A stretch of 60,105 nucleotides of DNA from a virus. Lineage: Duplodnaviria; Caudoviricetes. Positions 1 through 8,944 of the stretch are shown here, in pieces (positions within the stretch are counted from its first letter, which is position 1; every line of letters starts with the position of its first letter). The stretch spans positions 1-60,105 of the IMG/VR virus record IMGVR_UViG_3300034027_000006; one strand, 5' to 3'. The translations under genes and the position numbers were made by a program. The notes under the pieces were generated by a model. It was not told the origin of the DNA and did not search any database. It saw nothing but the letters and a program-made list of their open reading frames with translations.

Positions 1-127
1 CATAGCAACCGCACCCTAAGCACTGGCTAAACGCATCCCAAACGCATCCTAAACGCATACTAAACGCCAGCCAATCTCACCACATCCTCACCCCGCCCCA
101 CACTTCCCTCTACATAATAAAAAACCC
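1..127. repeat. Left terminal inverted repeat (putative telomere arm)
   Basis: Bases 1-127 are the exact reverse complement of 59979-60105; identity stops at position 128. Confidence 0.97.
28..71 (+). repeat. Four tandem 11-bp repeats inside the terminal repeat
   Basis: TAAACGCATCC / CAAACGCATCC / TAAACGCATAC / TAAACGCCAGC at 28, 39, 50 and 61. Confidence 0.9.
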
Positions 128-275
128 TAGATCGTGCAGAGATCTAGAGGCCGTAAAAATTGGGGTTTTTGAATTGTACCTTTTAAGTGACAGAAAAACC
201 CGCTAGGTTGGCTCAGCGGGCAAAGCGAATCAGATCTAATCTCTCACTCTAGATCTTCCTAGTTATTCTATAGGT

Positions 276-866
276 TTAATAGCCAGTCGGTCGGCTCCTG
301 GTTTTACATCTGTCATTAACTCGGCGTATCACTACGCCTTCGGCATTAGTTGCTAGCCCGTGACCCGGACAAGCAAACGCACAGCGATCACGATTTTCTA
401 TGTCATCTTGCGGTACTGGCTGCAATCTGTAACCCTGATGAGGACACTTAAAGTTCTCGACTTTTTGACCTAAGTAGTGATCTTCTATTGCTACAACAAA
501 ATCTAGGTATTTGCCCGCGATAGGCATAGATCGATGACACTGCAAGATTTTATAGAATGGCTCGCCGATAACTTCCTCTGCTAATAAAATCCTAGCAGGC
601 CACTCGCTCGGATCAAACTGCTCCCAGTAAGGTATTAATTGCTCGATTACTTCCCATTCTAAAAACCTGTAATCGTAATGAAAGTGAATCGGGTCAAATT
701 TTATTATTTTGCTGTCTGAGTGTGGCGGTGCGTCTATAATTGGCAACGCTTCATAAGTTATATAATCCCTTGCTCTCTCGCAATAGGTTGCCGCCTTAAC
801 ACATTTTACGCGAGCGTAGTCACCAGTTTTTACATTGTCTGATTGAGTCAGTTTAGTCTCGATCAT
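276..866 (-). CDS. Protein with C-terminal Rieske [2Fe-2S]-like motif
   Basis: CPHQG...CPGHG matches the Rieske CxH...CxxH ligand pattern. Confidence 0.6.
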   Translation of the reverse strand: MIETKLTQSDNVKTGDYARVKCVKAATYCERARDYITYEALPIIDAPPHSDSKIIKFDPIHFHYDYRFLEWEVIEQLIPYWEQFDPSEWPARILLAEEVIGEPFYKILQCHRSMPIAGKYLDFVVAIEDHYLGQKVENFKCPHQGYRLQPVPQDDIENRDRCAFACPGHGLATNAEGVVIRRVNDRCKTRSRPTGY

Positions 867-921
867 GTCGCTTTGTTTGTTTGTTTGCTTATCCTATCCT
901 ATACAATGTTATCCTGATTTG

Positions 922-1263
922 TCAAGACCTGCCAGAGTTTTTTAAGTAACTCTTAATTTTCTTTAGCGCGGGGCTGTTGTTTATAACATTAGCGACCGTT
1001 GGATGGTAACTTGCTAGATCGTCCGCTTGTCTGTCTAGCTCTTGCATCCGCTGATAGAGACTACCTTTTTTGTCGTTTATCTCGCGGTATAATTCTATTA
1101 TCTTGAACAAATAGCCAGCCGAATAGATGATCAAAACTGTTGCGGTGCAAACTGTGATCAAGTCAATAGCTGAGTAATTATCCGGTTTGGATACCACGAT
1201 CGCAGATACTACACCGATGGCTAAGCCTCTGGCTAAGATTGAAATATTTTTTTCGTTCATCAA
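922..1263 (-). CDS. Two-TM membrane protein with coiled-coil tail (holin or lysis accessory candidate)
   Basis: Two hydrophobic segments; lies downstream of the putative endolysin. Confidence 0.4.
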   Translation of the reverse strand: MMNEKNISILARGLAIGVVSAIVVSKPDNYSAIDLITVCTATVLIIYSAGYLFKIIELYREINDKKGSLYQRMQELDRQADDLASYHPTVANVINNSPALKKIKSYLKNSGRS

Positions 1264-1475
1264 CTTAAGTCTTTATTAGGATCAAAAATGCGACTACCCA
1301 AAAAAGTAGCAATAAAGAAGCGGGTAAAACCTCTAATTTTCCATTTGTCAACACTACTAAACCGACGCAAACGCCGACAAGAATTGTATAAGTAAAAGCG
1401 ATCCTGGTTTTTTTTGTTGCCATTTTTACCGATTTAGTAGTGATTTATTGTGCCGATGCTTTGCCGATGATTTAG

Positions 1476-2276
1476 TTAGTTGTCAGCAAAAACAGTCGGG
1501 ACACCGTTAACATGAGTAGGAATTCGCCCCCAACCTAAGCTACCACGAGGGAACCACAGGCGCTCGAAAGTGGCTATACTACACCTATCGTTTTTACCCG
1601 CTTCGGGTAAGTTTGAGATCCATTCGTCACTAGCTCCAAGTCTTGCGCCATTTGGATCGTGTATTTCTATGACACCAGCAAGCAGATTAAAGCCTTTACC
1701 TAACACGATGTGACCTTGATCCGGCCCTTTGTAGTCAAACCCCATAACGAGAGGAATATCATTCCTGATAGCTATATAAAAATCCTCTAACGTCAAAGAA
1801 GTAGACCAAAAAGATTCTATCCCGAACTGCCGCAGTGTTGCGGTGTTTGCGTCGTGATTTGTGGTGTCGCCGTGGCGATCTAATTCTGCTAAGTATATAC
1901 TTTCTGGCTGTTTAAACCCTCGCTTAATTGCCTCGGCGTCTAACCAGCCATTCCGCAATTTGTTCAACAGCATCGCGTTACAAGTTGCGTTACATTCCCT
2001 TGAACCATAACCACCGGGATTATCCCGTTGATAGTAATAGCTAACATCTAGGCTTATTATTTCTTGCTCAAAATTCCAGTGATGGACGTAAATATAAGCT
2101 CGATCAAACTCGTGATTGATTAGCTCAATCAATAGGTGATCGTTTAGCGCTGGTGTCACTTTAGACACTTGTAATGCCTGACCCTTTTGGATCGTTATTT
2201 TCTCGTGACTTGCTAGACTTTTGGAGTCTTTTAGCTTGGTTTTTAACACTGTTGAGACTCTTGCTTGTATGGTCAT
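1476..2276 (-). CDS. C39-like cysteine peptidase, probable endolysin
   Basis: YYQRDN...ECNATCNAM (Cys), GHIVL (His), IHDPNG (Asp); N-terminal SH3-like segment. Confidence 0.75.
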   Translation of the reverse strand: MTIQARVSTVLKTKLKDSKSLASHEKITIQKGQALQVSKVTPALNDHLLIELINHEFDRAYIYVHHWNFEQEIISLDVSYYYQRDNPGGYGSRECNATCNAMLLNKLRNGWLDAEAIKRGFKQPESIYLAELDRHGDTTNHDANTATLRQFGIESFWSTSLTLEDFYIAIRNDIPLVMGFDYKGPDQGHIVLGKGFNLLAGVIEIHDPNGARLGASDEWISNLPEAGKNDRCSIATFERLWFPRGSLGWGRIPTHVNGVPTVFADN

Positions 2277-2408
2277 ATTTTTAGATCCTTTTTGCTCAAT
2301 ATTTGCCCGGATAACATCGGTGTGTTATAGTAGGATAAGATTAGCCGATGGGGTGCGGTGAACACCCCATAAACTCGGCGGCCAGTCCCAAAACAAACTA
2401 ACCTAACC

Positions 2409-2777
2409 ATGAGCTTAACACAAACGATTCGCACAGCAATAGAGCAAGATAAACACGGAAACACGCACCCGATTGACTTTGATCACGTCTGGCGCGAGTT
2501 GGGTTACGTGCAGCGTAACCGAGCAGGGCGTCAAATTATCTTTAATCTGAGCGCGGGTGATGATTACATCCTGCTAGTTGATACCGATGCCACCAAAGGC
2601 CGCAAAGGTCGCAAAGCGCCACTAAATCGCATAACTTTGACTCTTAAAGGTTTTGAAAAATTAGCTCGCCTCACCAAAACCGATCGAGGTCGTCAAGCGC
2701 TTGCAAATTTTACCGAGCTACAAGCAGAATTGAGACGAGCGTATATTGACGCATTAGAGCGCGCTTATGGTCTATAA
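2409..2777 (+). CDS. Antirepressor-like DNA-binding protein (AntA/KilA-type N-terminal domain)
   Basis: PIDFDHVWRELGY...GDDY motif; operator half-sites upstream. Confidence 0.55.
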   Translation: MSLTQTIRTAIEQDKHGNTHPIDFDHVWRELGYVQRNRAGRQIIFNLSAGDDYILLVDTDATKGRKGRKAPLNRITLTLKGFEKLARLTKTDRGRQALANFTELQAELRRAYIDALERAYGL

Positions 2778-3082
2778 CGTGTAAACACTCTTAAGCCCCG
2801 TTTAACCCGCCTTAGTAGCGGGTTTTTTAATGGCTGCTTGGCTGATAAGTCAAACTCTAGCTCGTGCCTGTCGAGGTGTTGCAATATTTGGCGAGCATCT
2901 AAGTTGTAGATGTGGCGACCGTCTTTGCAACCCAAATATTTAAACTTTACTGGGAAGCTAAAAACTTGCTGACGCGAATATACCTGTACTACTGGCGTTA
3001 AGTTCAATTGTCGCGTAAACGGGTTAGATTGTATCGCCGCAATCGATTTAACTGCTTGTTTTCTCAGTTCCACTGTATCCAT
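2765..3082 (-). CDS. Hypothetical protein
   Basis: ORF packed in the terminase operon. Confidence 0.6.
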   Translation of the reverse strand: MDTVELRKQAVKSIAAIQSNPFTRQLNLTPVVQVYSRQQVFSFPVKFKYLGCKDGRHIYNLDARQILQHLDRHELEFDLSAKQPLKNPLLRRVKRGLRVFTRYRP

Positions 3083-3086
3083 AGTT

Positions 3087-3305
3087 TTAACCTCTGTCTA
3101 GTGGGTAATACTTGATAATAAGCGGAAATAGTGGCAGAAAGCAAATATAAATTGCTAATGTTTTGCCGCCGTCCAAGTCCGTCTCTAAATCCCAGAACAT
3201 CCCTACCCATAAATCGCGAATCTCAAACTTTAGATATACGGATATCAAGCCTCTGAGAAAATACGCGCTGCGACAAAACCAGAAAGTATTTTTAGATTTG
3301 TCCAT
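3087..3305 (-). CDS. Small hydrophobic hypothetical protein
   Basis: ORF spaced 4-5 bp from its neighbours; DLWVG motif and hydrophobic C-terminus. Confidence 0.55.
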   Translation of the reverse strand: MDKSKNTFWFCRSAYFLRGLISVYLKFEIRDLWVGMFWDLETDLDGGKTLAIYICFLPLFPLIIKYYPLDRG

Positions 3306-3310
3306 TTTCT

Positions 3311-4774
3311 TTATGTACTCCCCATTGGTAAACGTTTAGGTATATATTCGCTCGCCATCACAGCTAGAGCTAAAGCAAACGCGCAATCGTCGCGCTTACC
3401 TTTTTCGAGCGCTCCTAGCTTTTTATCTTGCCGCCTAAAATCTCGGAGTTGTTTAGCTAATGGTGGATCTCGCAATTGGTCAATGTATGGCGGTATTTTT
3501 ATTTTTCTCTCTTCCAGCAGCAATCCTAAGCTCATTATTGCATTAGGGATATCTGATTCGGTTATGTCTATTACCCGGCTGGATTTGTTCGCTTCCCTTA
3601 ATCTACTGGCTATTTCCTCGCCGCCGTCAGCACGTTTTAAAACTATTGCTGCGGGGTAATAACCTCGCGTAGCCGCGTTAACTAGAGCGATCGCTGTATT
3701 CGCGGATCTACTACGCTCGCTGACACACTTAACCACAATACCATCAACTAAGCATACTGCGGCTGTATGTGTCCCGTTGAAATATAAACCGATAGAGCAA
3801 CTTTTGACCGAGGGATCAGGCCTTCTATCTCTGATTTCAGCATCGGCAATCGATTCGGCGCTGAAGACTTCGATCGCTGCGTCCGAGAATTCGAGATTAA
3901 ATTCTCGTTTTGCGTCCACTAGATCCATGTTTAATTTTTTTGCCATATCCTCCACAAAATTGTCGTTTTGAGAGTATTTAGGGTGACACTTCCAATGTAT
4001 AAAAACTTTGGCATTGCCGTTCCCGTCTTTAAACCAGTAAAATCCGGGCAAATTGTCAGAGTATAACTCACCTTTTGCAACTTGCGAGCAGATATCCTCA
4101 ATATCCCGATCGCCGTTGTTTTCGGTTAGTTTATCCCAGTACCAGCCCGACTTAGCTGACGGGGTAGATACTATAATCACCTTTGCATCGTCACCCGTTA
4201 GAATTGTCGATCCTACCGATGCCGAGTAAATGCTTGCAATATTAGCTTGAAACGCCGCCTCGTCAAAAAACAAGTACATTAGAGAATCTGCGGATCTGTT
4301 TCCTTCTTTGCTGCTGTTGTGAGTCCTGATCTCGGCTCCATTTATTAGCCTGATTAACTTGCTTTCTTCCTTCTCTCTATCTAGTCTCGCTTGCTCTGCT
4401 AGCCATCGAATACGGCTATTTATGGCTGTTGCGTCATCCTCGTTACGCATAAAACAGCTAGCTGCGAAAGCGGGGTTTTTAGCTGCCTCGTGCAACAGTA
4501 ACGCGATGACCGATTGAGTAGTGCCTAATTGCCTTGTTTTTACTACTATGGTCGCAGGGTGTGCGGCAATTATTCGGGCAAGTAAGACTTGATATATATA
4601 AAGGTTGAAAGGCAGCATTTTGCCGCCCGACCGCATTACAATACTAGAGCAAAAATCATCGAGTTTGTCCGGGACTATTAGTAGTTTAGTCTCGTTTTTT
4701 CGAGTAGAAAGTTGCTCTAGTTTTAATTGTACTTTTGCTAGTCGGTCGCTAAATGCTCTTAAGCTTGTCGGCAT
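3311..4774 (-). CDS. terL: Terminase large subunit (ATPase intact, nuclease motifs degenerate)
   Basis: Walker A KTRQLGTT, Walker B FFDEAAF, coupling motif STP, C-terminal DD..ALALA. Confidence 0.9.
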   Translation of the reverse strand: MPTSLRAFSDRLAKVQLKLEQLSTRKNETKLLIVPDKLDDFCSSIVMRSGGKMLPFNLYIYQVLLARIIAAHPATIVVKTRQLGTTQSVIALLLHEAAKNPAFAASCFMRNEDDATAINSRIRWLAEQARLDREKEESKLIRLINGAEIRTHNSSKEGNRSADSLMYLFFDEAAFQANIASIYSASVGSTILTGDDAKVIIVSTPSAKSGWYWDKLTENNGDRDIEDICSQVAKGELYSDNLPGFYWFKDGNGNAKVFIHWKCHPKYSQNDNFVEDMAKKLNMDLVDAKREFNLEFSDAAIEVFSAESIADAEIRDRRPDPSVKSCSIGLYFNGTHTAAVCLVDGIVVKCVSERSRSANTAIALVNAATRGYYPAAIVLKRADGGEEIASRLREANKSSRVIDITESDIPNAIMSLGLLLEERKIKIPPYIDQLRDPPLAKQLRDFRRQDKKLGALEKGKRDDCAFALALAVMASEYIPKRLPMGST

Positions 4775-5064
4775 TTTTCCTCTAAATGCTTTAGCAGTGG
4801 CAGATCTTCTACGACCTTAACCTCGGCTATTTTCATCAGGATTTCTAACAGCATTTTCGATGCTGCGATTTTATCTTTGTTGTCGCTCCCCTCGTCGCTG
4901 ATTATGTCGGTCATTTTTTCGACGCCAAGCGCTACGCCTTCCAGCGCATCACTTAGGATCGTGTCATAACTAACACTGTTCTTTTTGCCTTGCCCTTTTT
5001 CTGGTTGTGTCTCTAGCTGATGCACTTGCGGTTGCACCAGTTGAATCGGCCCTTTTTTTCGCAT
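4759..5064 (-). CDS. Probable terminase small subunit
   Basis: Small helical protein overlapping the terL start; DKIAASKMLLE motif. Confidence 0.55.
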   Translation of the reverse strand: MRKKGPIQLVQPQVHQLETQPEKGQGKKNSVSYDTILSDALEGVALGVEKMTDIISDEGSDNKDKIAASKMLLEILMKIAEVKVVEDLPLLKHLEEKCRQA

Positions 5065-5076
5065 TGTATTAGCCTG

Positions 5077-8000
5077 TTAAATCGTCTCGACAATTATTTC
5101 TACTTGCGATAATTTTAACAGTATTTGCCCGACTGTGTGCTTAACCCAGACTAGCCAATCCTCAGTATTTACAAGTCTTCTAGGTTTGCTCAGGAGTTTG
5201 ACGCGATCGCCAATCTTGATCTCTGGATTGCCTACCTCTGATTTTATGGCAAACTCAAACTCGCGCCAGTTAATGCCGTCTAGTTCTGGCGGTACGGTTG
5301 CCAAGTCTGAGACTTGGGCGAGACTTGGCTCGGACTTGGCGACCTCGATCGGCGCTTCCTGTGCCTTCGCTTCTACTTGCTGTTTCAACACTTCGGGTAA
5401 TACCCAGTCGGTGTTAAATTGCACGTAGCGACGCTCTACCGCTTCATTTATAGCCATCCTGACGGGGCTATCGAGCCAAGTGTCATCTAAGGCATAAGTG
5501 TTAAGTCGCTCGCCGTCTTTCTGCACTTTTTGGCATGGCCCCAATTTTAGGCCCACAACCTCTAAAACTTTCCGCAGGTATTTAATCGAGTCCGTTTTGC
5601 CCTTGTTTGCTCCTTTGGCTATTACTGGCACTTTAAAGCCAAGTGCTGCAATAATTCGCTCGCGCCTGCCGAGCTTGCATAACTCAACTAATTCGGGGCT
5701 ATCTTTATGCCAGACTTTCTCACGGTCTAAAAAGCGCTCTATTTTTAGGTATTGTAGGGCTTTGATTTTTAGATTAGGTGAGTAAAGGTCAGGCAAGTAT
5801 ATAGCCCGTTGAGTCGCGATTTTTGCCCAGTTGTTTTGTTGTCTTTTGTTGGCAGTATCGGGATTGTGGAACATATAGAAAAACTCAGCGGCTCTTATTG
5901 CCTTCGGATCGTCATATTTCAAAAACTCGATAAAATCAGCACTCCAAAGATCGGTTAACTCTATACCTGGTAGCAAGTTTTTGTAACTGTGTTTGATCAG
6001 CTTAACTCGCTCTGGCCAGGTAACATTCCAGCCGCCTGTTAGTTTCTCTGCTTGTTCGTCGGTGATATCTGCGGCCTCGAATATCTCTTTTGCGGTCGTT
6101 TTTTTGACTTCCTCAGATGCCATTTTTAACGCGGCTTCTACTTTCCCATCTGCATAGATAAACTTTTTCTCTAGCTCGTGGCCAGCGTCTTCTAATGCAA
6201 AAATCAAACACTCTTGTAGATTCTTGCGCTCGAATGCTTCTTTTTGAGCGACAGTGATAGCAAAAAGGTTATCAGGATCGGTTTGAGCTTCTGCTATTAG
6301 GTCTAAAAATTGTTGACCTAGCCAGCCTTTATTTAGTCTGAGGTGCGAGATATCCATCTCGGCTAACTCTACTAACTTAGAGGCTGCTGCGTTAATTGTG
6401 TCGAGGTTTGCGTCGGTATTTCCTCTTAAAAATGACTGCTTAGGTATTGATATATGCCAGATACTTTCAGGGCATCGGTTTCGAGCCATTATCTGCATAG
6501 AGTTATCTGTACCGATTACACCTCTAAATAATCCGTAGCTGTGGGCAAAATAGCCGGGGCGATTGAAGTCTATCCCGCTCTCTGCTGTAGGGCTACACAA
6601 TATATAAAAAGGTTGGTGAGCGTCGATCCATTTATTAGCATCATCAAGGCATTTTCTTGCTTCTGTACCAGGGCTAACCGTTTTAGAGTCAATACGCAAA
6701 CCCTCTAGCCCCGCTTCTATTAGTAGTAACTCGATTTGCTCTAACAGTTTTTGTGAGTCACTAAAGACGATAAATGGTTTTGTCGCGGATAACATCGGGG
6801 CAACAAAAGGTGAGAGGTTTTTGTCGTCAAATTTACCCGATTTTGTGGGAGTGCCAAGCAGTATCTCGACTTTAGCTTTAGGTCGCTGCTTTTTGTTTTC
6901 TAGCTTGACTAGCTTTTTGTTTGGCGCTTTGTCTGCCAACCATTTAGCTACCCAGTCAGCAAAATTACCGTCTAGGAATATACAGCAATAAGACAGATCG
7001 ATCGCCTGCCTAAAAAGTTCTAAAGATTCGATCCTATCCTTGCGGTGTGTAGCACTTGCTGCAATGTGTAAAGCTACTGACATCGCCTCATCAATTATTA
7101 CTACTTTATTCCTAAACCATTCGGGATTAGAAAACTTTTTGATCGAGTTCGTACAAAGCGCGAGGCGACTTTGTGGATCTTTCATCATGATCAAAAGTTC
7201 TTCGCGTAAGTGAGAAAAAGACGGGATTCTAGTAGTGAAGTTGTAGATCAGCGAATTGCGAGCAAACAGTGCGATCGCGCCTTTATCCTCAAACGGCCCA
7301 CCCTTTGCGAACAGTCCCTCTAGTTGGCGAGTTTTCCCAGAACCTAGCCCCGATTTTACGGCTAGCATAATGCCTTCGGATGGAGCATCAAAGCTTACAA
7401 ATTCTGACTCTTGGACTAGATCAGGAGTAAATTCTCGCTTATGTATCCACCAACCCCAATCATTAGGACGCTCTGGCGCTTCTGTTTTTGACTGTTCAAC
7501 TGCCTCTAATGCTTTGCGCTCCTGTCGTGGCAGTGTTGACGATTTACGCTTTGGTGGCTCTATTTCTTTCGGCTTTTTATACTGTTCTACAATTTGCCAG
7601 AATTGGTGTAAATGCAGTATTTTAACACCGTCAAAATTTTCTAGTTCGTCTATATCATCAGCAGTTTTATCGACTTGTCCCCACCAAGCAATTAAAGGTC
7701 GGTATCCCTCACGCTCTAACCAATTTATTTGACGTTCTAGCCTGTCAGTAACATGATGGTTAATCACGTCGCCCGCGTCAATTGTCATTATCAATTCACG
7801 GGTTTGATACTTGTCTGTCAAATGTTCAAGCGTGGCTCGTGTGTTTTTTGGCGAGCTTGCATATAAGCCGCCAGCCGCTCCAATTACCGGGGCCTTCAAT
7901 CTTAGATTAGCGATCGCTGGTTTCATGCCCGCGCTGTCTGTTAGCCAGATCTTATCCTGTGGCCCTTCTATCGCCTCGTCGCAACAGGTGATCGGGTTTT

Positions 8001-8685
8001 CCCCGTTGAGATAGGCTGAATTGTCGCGAGATAACCATCTATGGCGGCCCTGACCTTCTGTCACTTCACTAAATCGGACTTGAGCGCCCACTATGCGACC
8101 AAGATGATCGCGCACAGGGCAAAATATGCCCGCGCTCTTGACTTCTAGTTGCCCGCTCCCAAATTTGAAACAGTAGCCGGGTAAATTGTCCGGGTAGCGG
8201 TTGCGTAACTTGTGCCACTTGTCAACTGACCGAAAACCGATTTTTTCGATCTCAGCGTCGCTGAGGCCTCGCGCCCGTAAGCTAGCCCGATCGCTCGCCG
8301 ACAGGCTTAACTCTGATAAAAGTTTTTTATAGTGCAGATCTCGCTCGGCCGCTGGCATCTCATTCTTTAATGCCTCAGCTCGCCGTTTTTCGTCTTCGGC
8401 TTTTATCGCCTCGATTTTTTCCCGATGTGCCGCTCGTGCTTCCTCCGACAATTCTTGCTCGCGGTGAGGGTGAAACGTCGCCCAAATTCCGCTACCCATA
8501 GGAGCCGAGCAAAACCAGACTTGACCGTCAAAACCGTGTATTTTGTCAAATTTTGCCGAATCCGCGTAAGTCTTGCATAAATACGTTATCTGATCGAAAG
8601 CGTTTAGTTTCTCTCGACAGCCCCCGCGAGCGTTACCGCAAACGGGGCAAGGATTGGAGACGCCTGTTGGTCTAAAATCTGGCAT
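5077..8685 (-). CDS. repA: Primase-helicase plasmid replication initiator, CyRepA-like
   Basis: N-terminal Zn finger CPVCG..C, TOPRIM-like DAGD and DDIDE, Walker A GLGSGKT, Walker B IIDEA, SF2 motifs SPTAESGIDF and QIMARNR. Confidence 0.8.
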   Translation of the reverse strand: MPDFRPTGVSNPCPVCGNARGGCREKLNAFDQITYLCKTYADSAKFDKIHGFDGQVWFCSAPMGSGIWATFHPHREQELSEEARAAHREKIEAIKAEDEKRRAEALKNEMPAAERDLHYKKLLSELSLSASDRASLRARGLSDAEIEKIGFRSVDKWHKLRNRYPDNLPGYCFKFGSGQLEVKSAGIFCPVRDHLGRIVGAQVRFSEVTEGQGRHRWLSRDNSAYLNGENPITCCDEAIEGPQDKIWLTDSAGMKPAIANLRLKAPVIGAAGGLYASSPKNTRATLEHLTDKYQTRELIMTIDAGDVINHHVTDRLERQINWLEREGYRPLIAWWGQVDKTADDIDELENFDGVKILHLHQFWQIVEQYKKPKEIEPPKRKSSTLPRQERKALEAVEQSKTEAPERPNDWGWWIHKREFTPDLVQESEFVSFDAPSEGIMLAVKSGLGSGKTRQLEGLFAKGGPFEDKGAIALFARNSLIYNFTTRIPSFSHLREELLIMMKDPQSRLALCTNSIKKFSNPEWFRNKVVIIDEAMSVALHIAASATHRKDRIESLELFRQAIDLSYCCIFLDGNFADWVAKWLADKAPNKKLVKLENKKQRPKAKVEILLGTPTKSGKFDDKNLSPFVAPMLSATKPFIVFSDSQKLLEQIELLLIEAGLEGLRIDSKTVSPGTEARKCLDDANKWIDAHQPFYILCSPTAESGIDFNRPGYFAHSYGLFRGVIGTDNSMQIMARNRCPESIWHISIPKQSFLRGNTDANLDTINAAASKLVELAEMDISHLRLNKGWLGQQFLDLIAEAQTDPDNLFAITVAQKEAFERKNLQECLIFALEDAGHELEKKFIYADGKVEAALKMASEEVKKTTAKEIFEAADITDEQAEKLTGGWNVTWPERVKLIKHSYKNLLPGIELTDLWSADFIEFLKYDDPKAIRAAEFFYMFHNPDTANKRQQNNWAKIATQRAIYLPDLYSPNLKIKALQYLKIERFLDREKVWHKDSPELVELCKLGRRERIIAALGFKVPVIAKGANKGKTDSIKYLRKVLEVVGLKLGPCQKVQKDGERLNTYALDDTWLDSPVRMAINEAVERRYVQFNTDWVLPEVLKQQVEAKAQEAPIEVAKSEPSLAQVSDLATVPPELDGINWREFEFAIKSEVGNPEIKIGDRVKLLSKPRRLVNTEDWLVWVKHTVGQILLKLSQVEIIVETI

Positions 8686-8709
8686 AAATCAAATGGCTCC
8701 TTTTTGGTA

Positions 8710-8738
8710 TTGCCAAATGATTTCCCAGCCCGTATAAT
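8710..8738 (+). promoter_or_regulatory. Sigma70-type promoter, antisense to the rep leader
   Basis: TTGCCA-17 bp-TATAAT. Confidence 0.75.
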
Positions 8739-8744
8739 GTAGAC

Positions 8745-8836
8745 ATATTGATAAACATAATTTTCGCTTTGTTTGTTCGCTTGGGTTTTCTGGTGTGACC
8801 GCTGATAACGGTTACGGGCTAGGAAACCATTTTTTT
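8745..8836 (+). ncRNA. Putative ~90-nt counter-transcribed antisense RNA controlling rep
   Basis: Follows the consensus promoter; ends in a long hairpin (GGTTTTCTGG..GTGACCG/CGGTTAC..CTAGGAAACC) plus a T run. Confidence 0.6.
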
Positions 8837-8944
8837 GTCTATTTGAGCATCACCCAAACGCTTCTAAATTCATTGTGACTTAAGATCGAATCGAGCGCAA
8901 GTCCTGCCAGTCCTTGATCTTTTCGTCAACCATTAACAAAATTT

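Noticed and set aside
1-127. Terminal inverted repeats as transposon ends or protein-primed replication ends
   Set aside because: No transposase or protein-primed polymerase is recognisable; the protelomerase explains inverted ends better.
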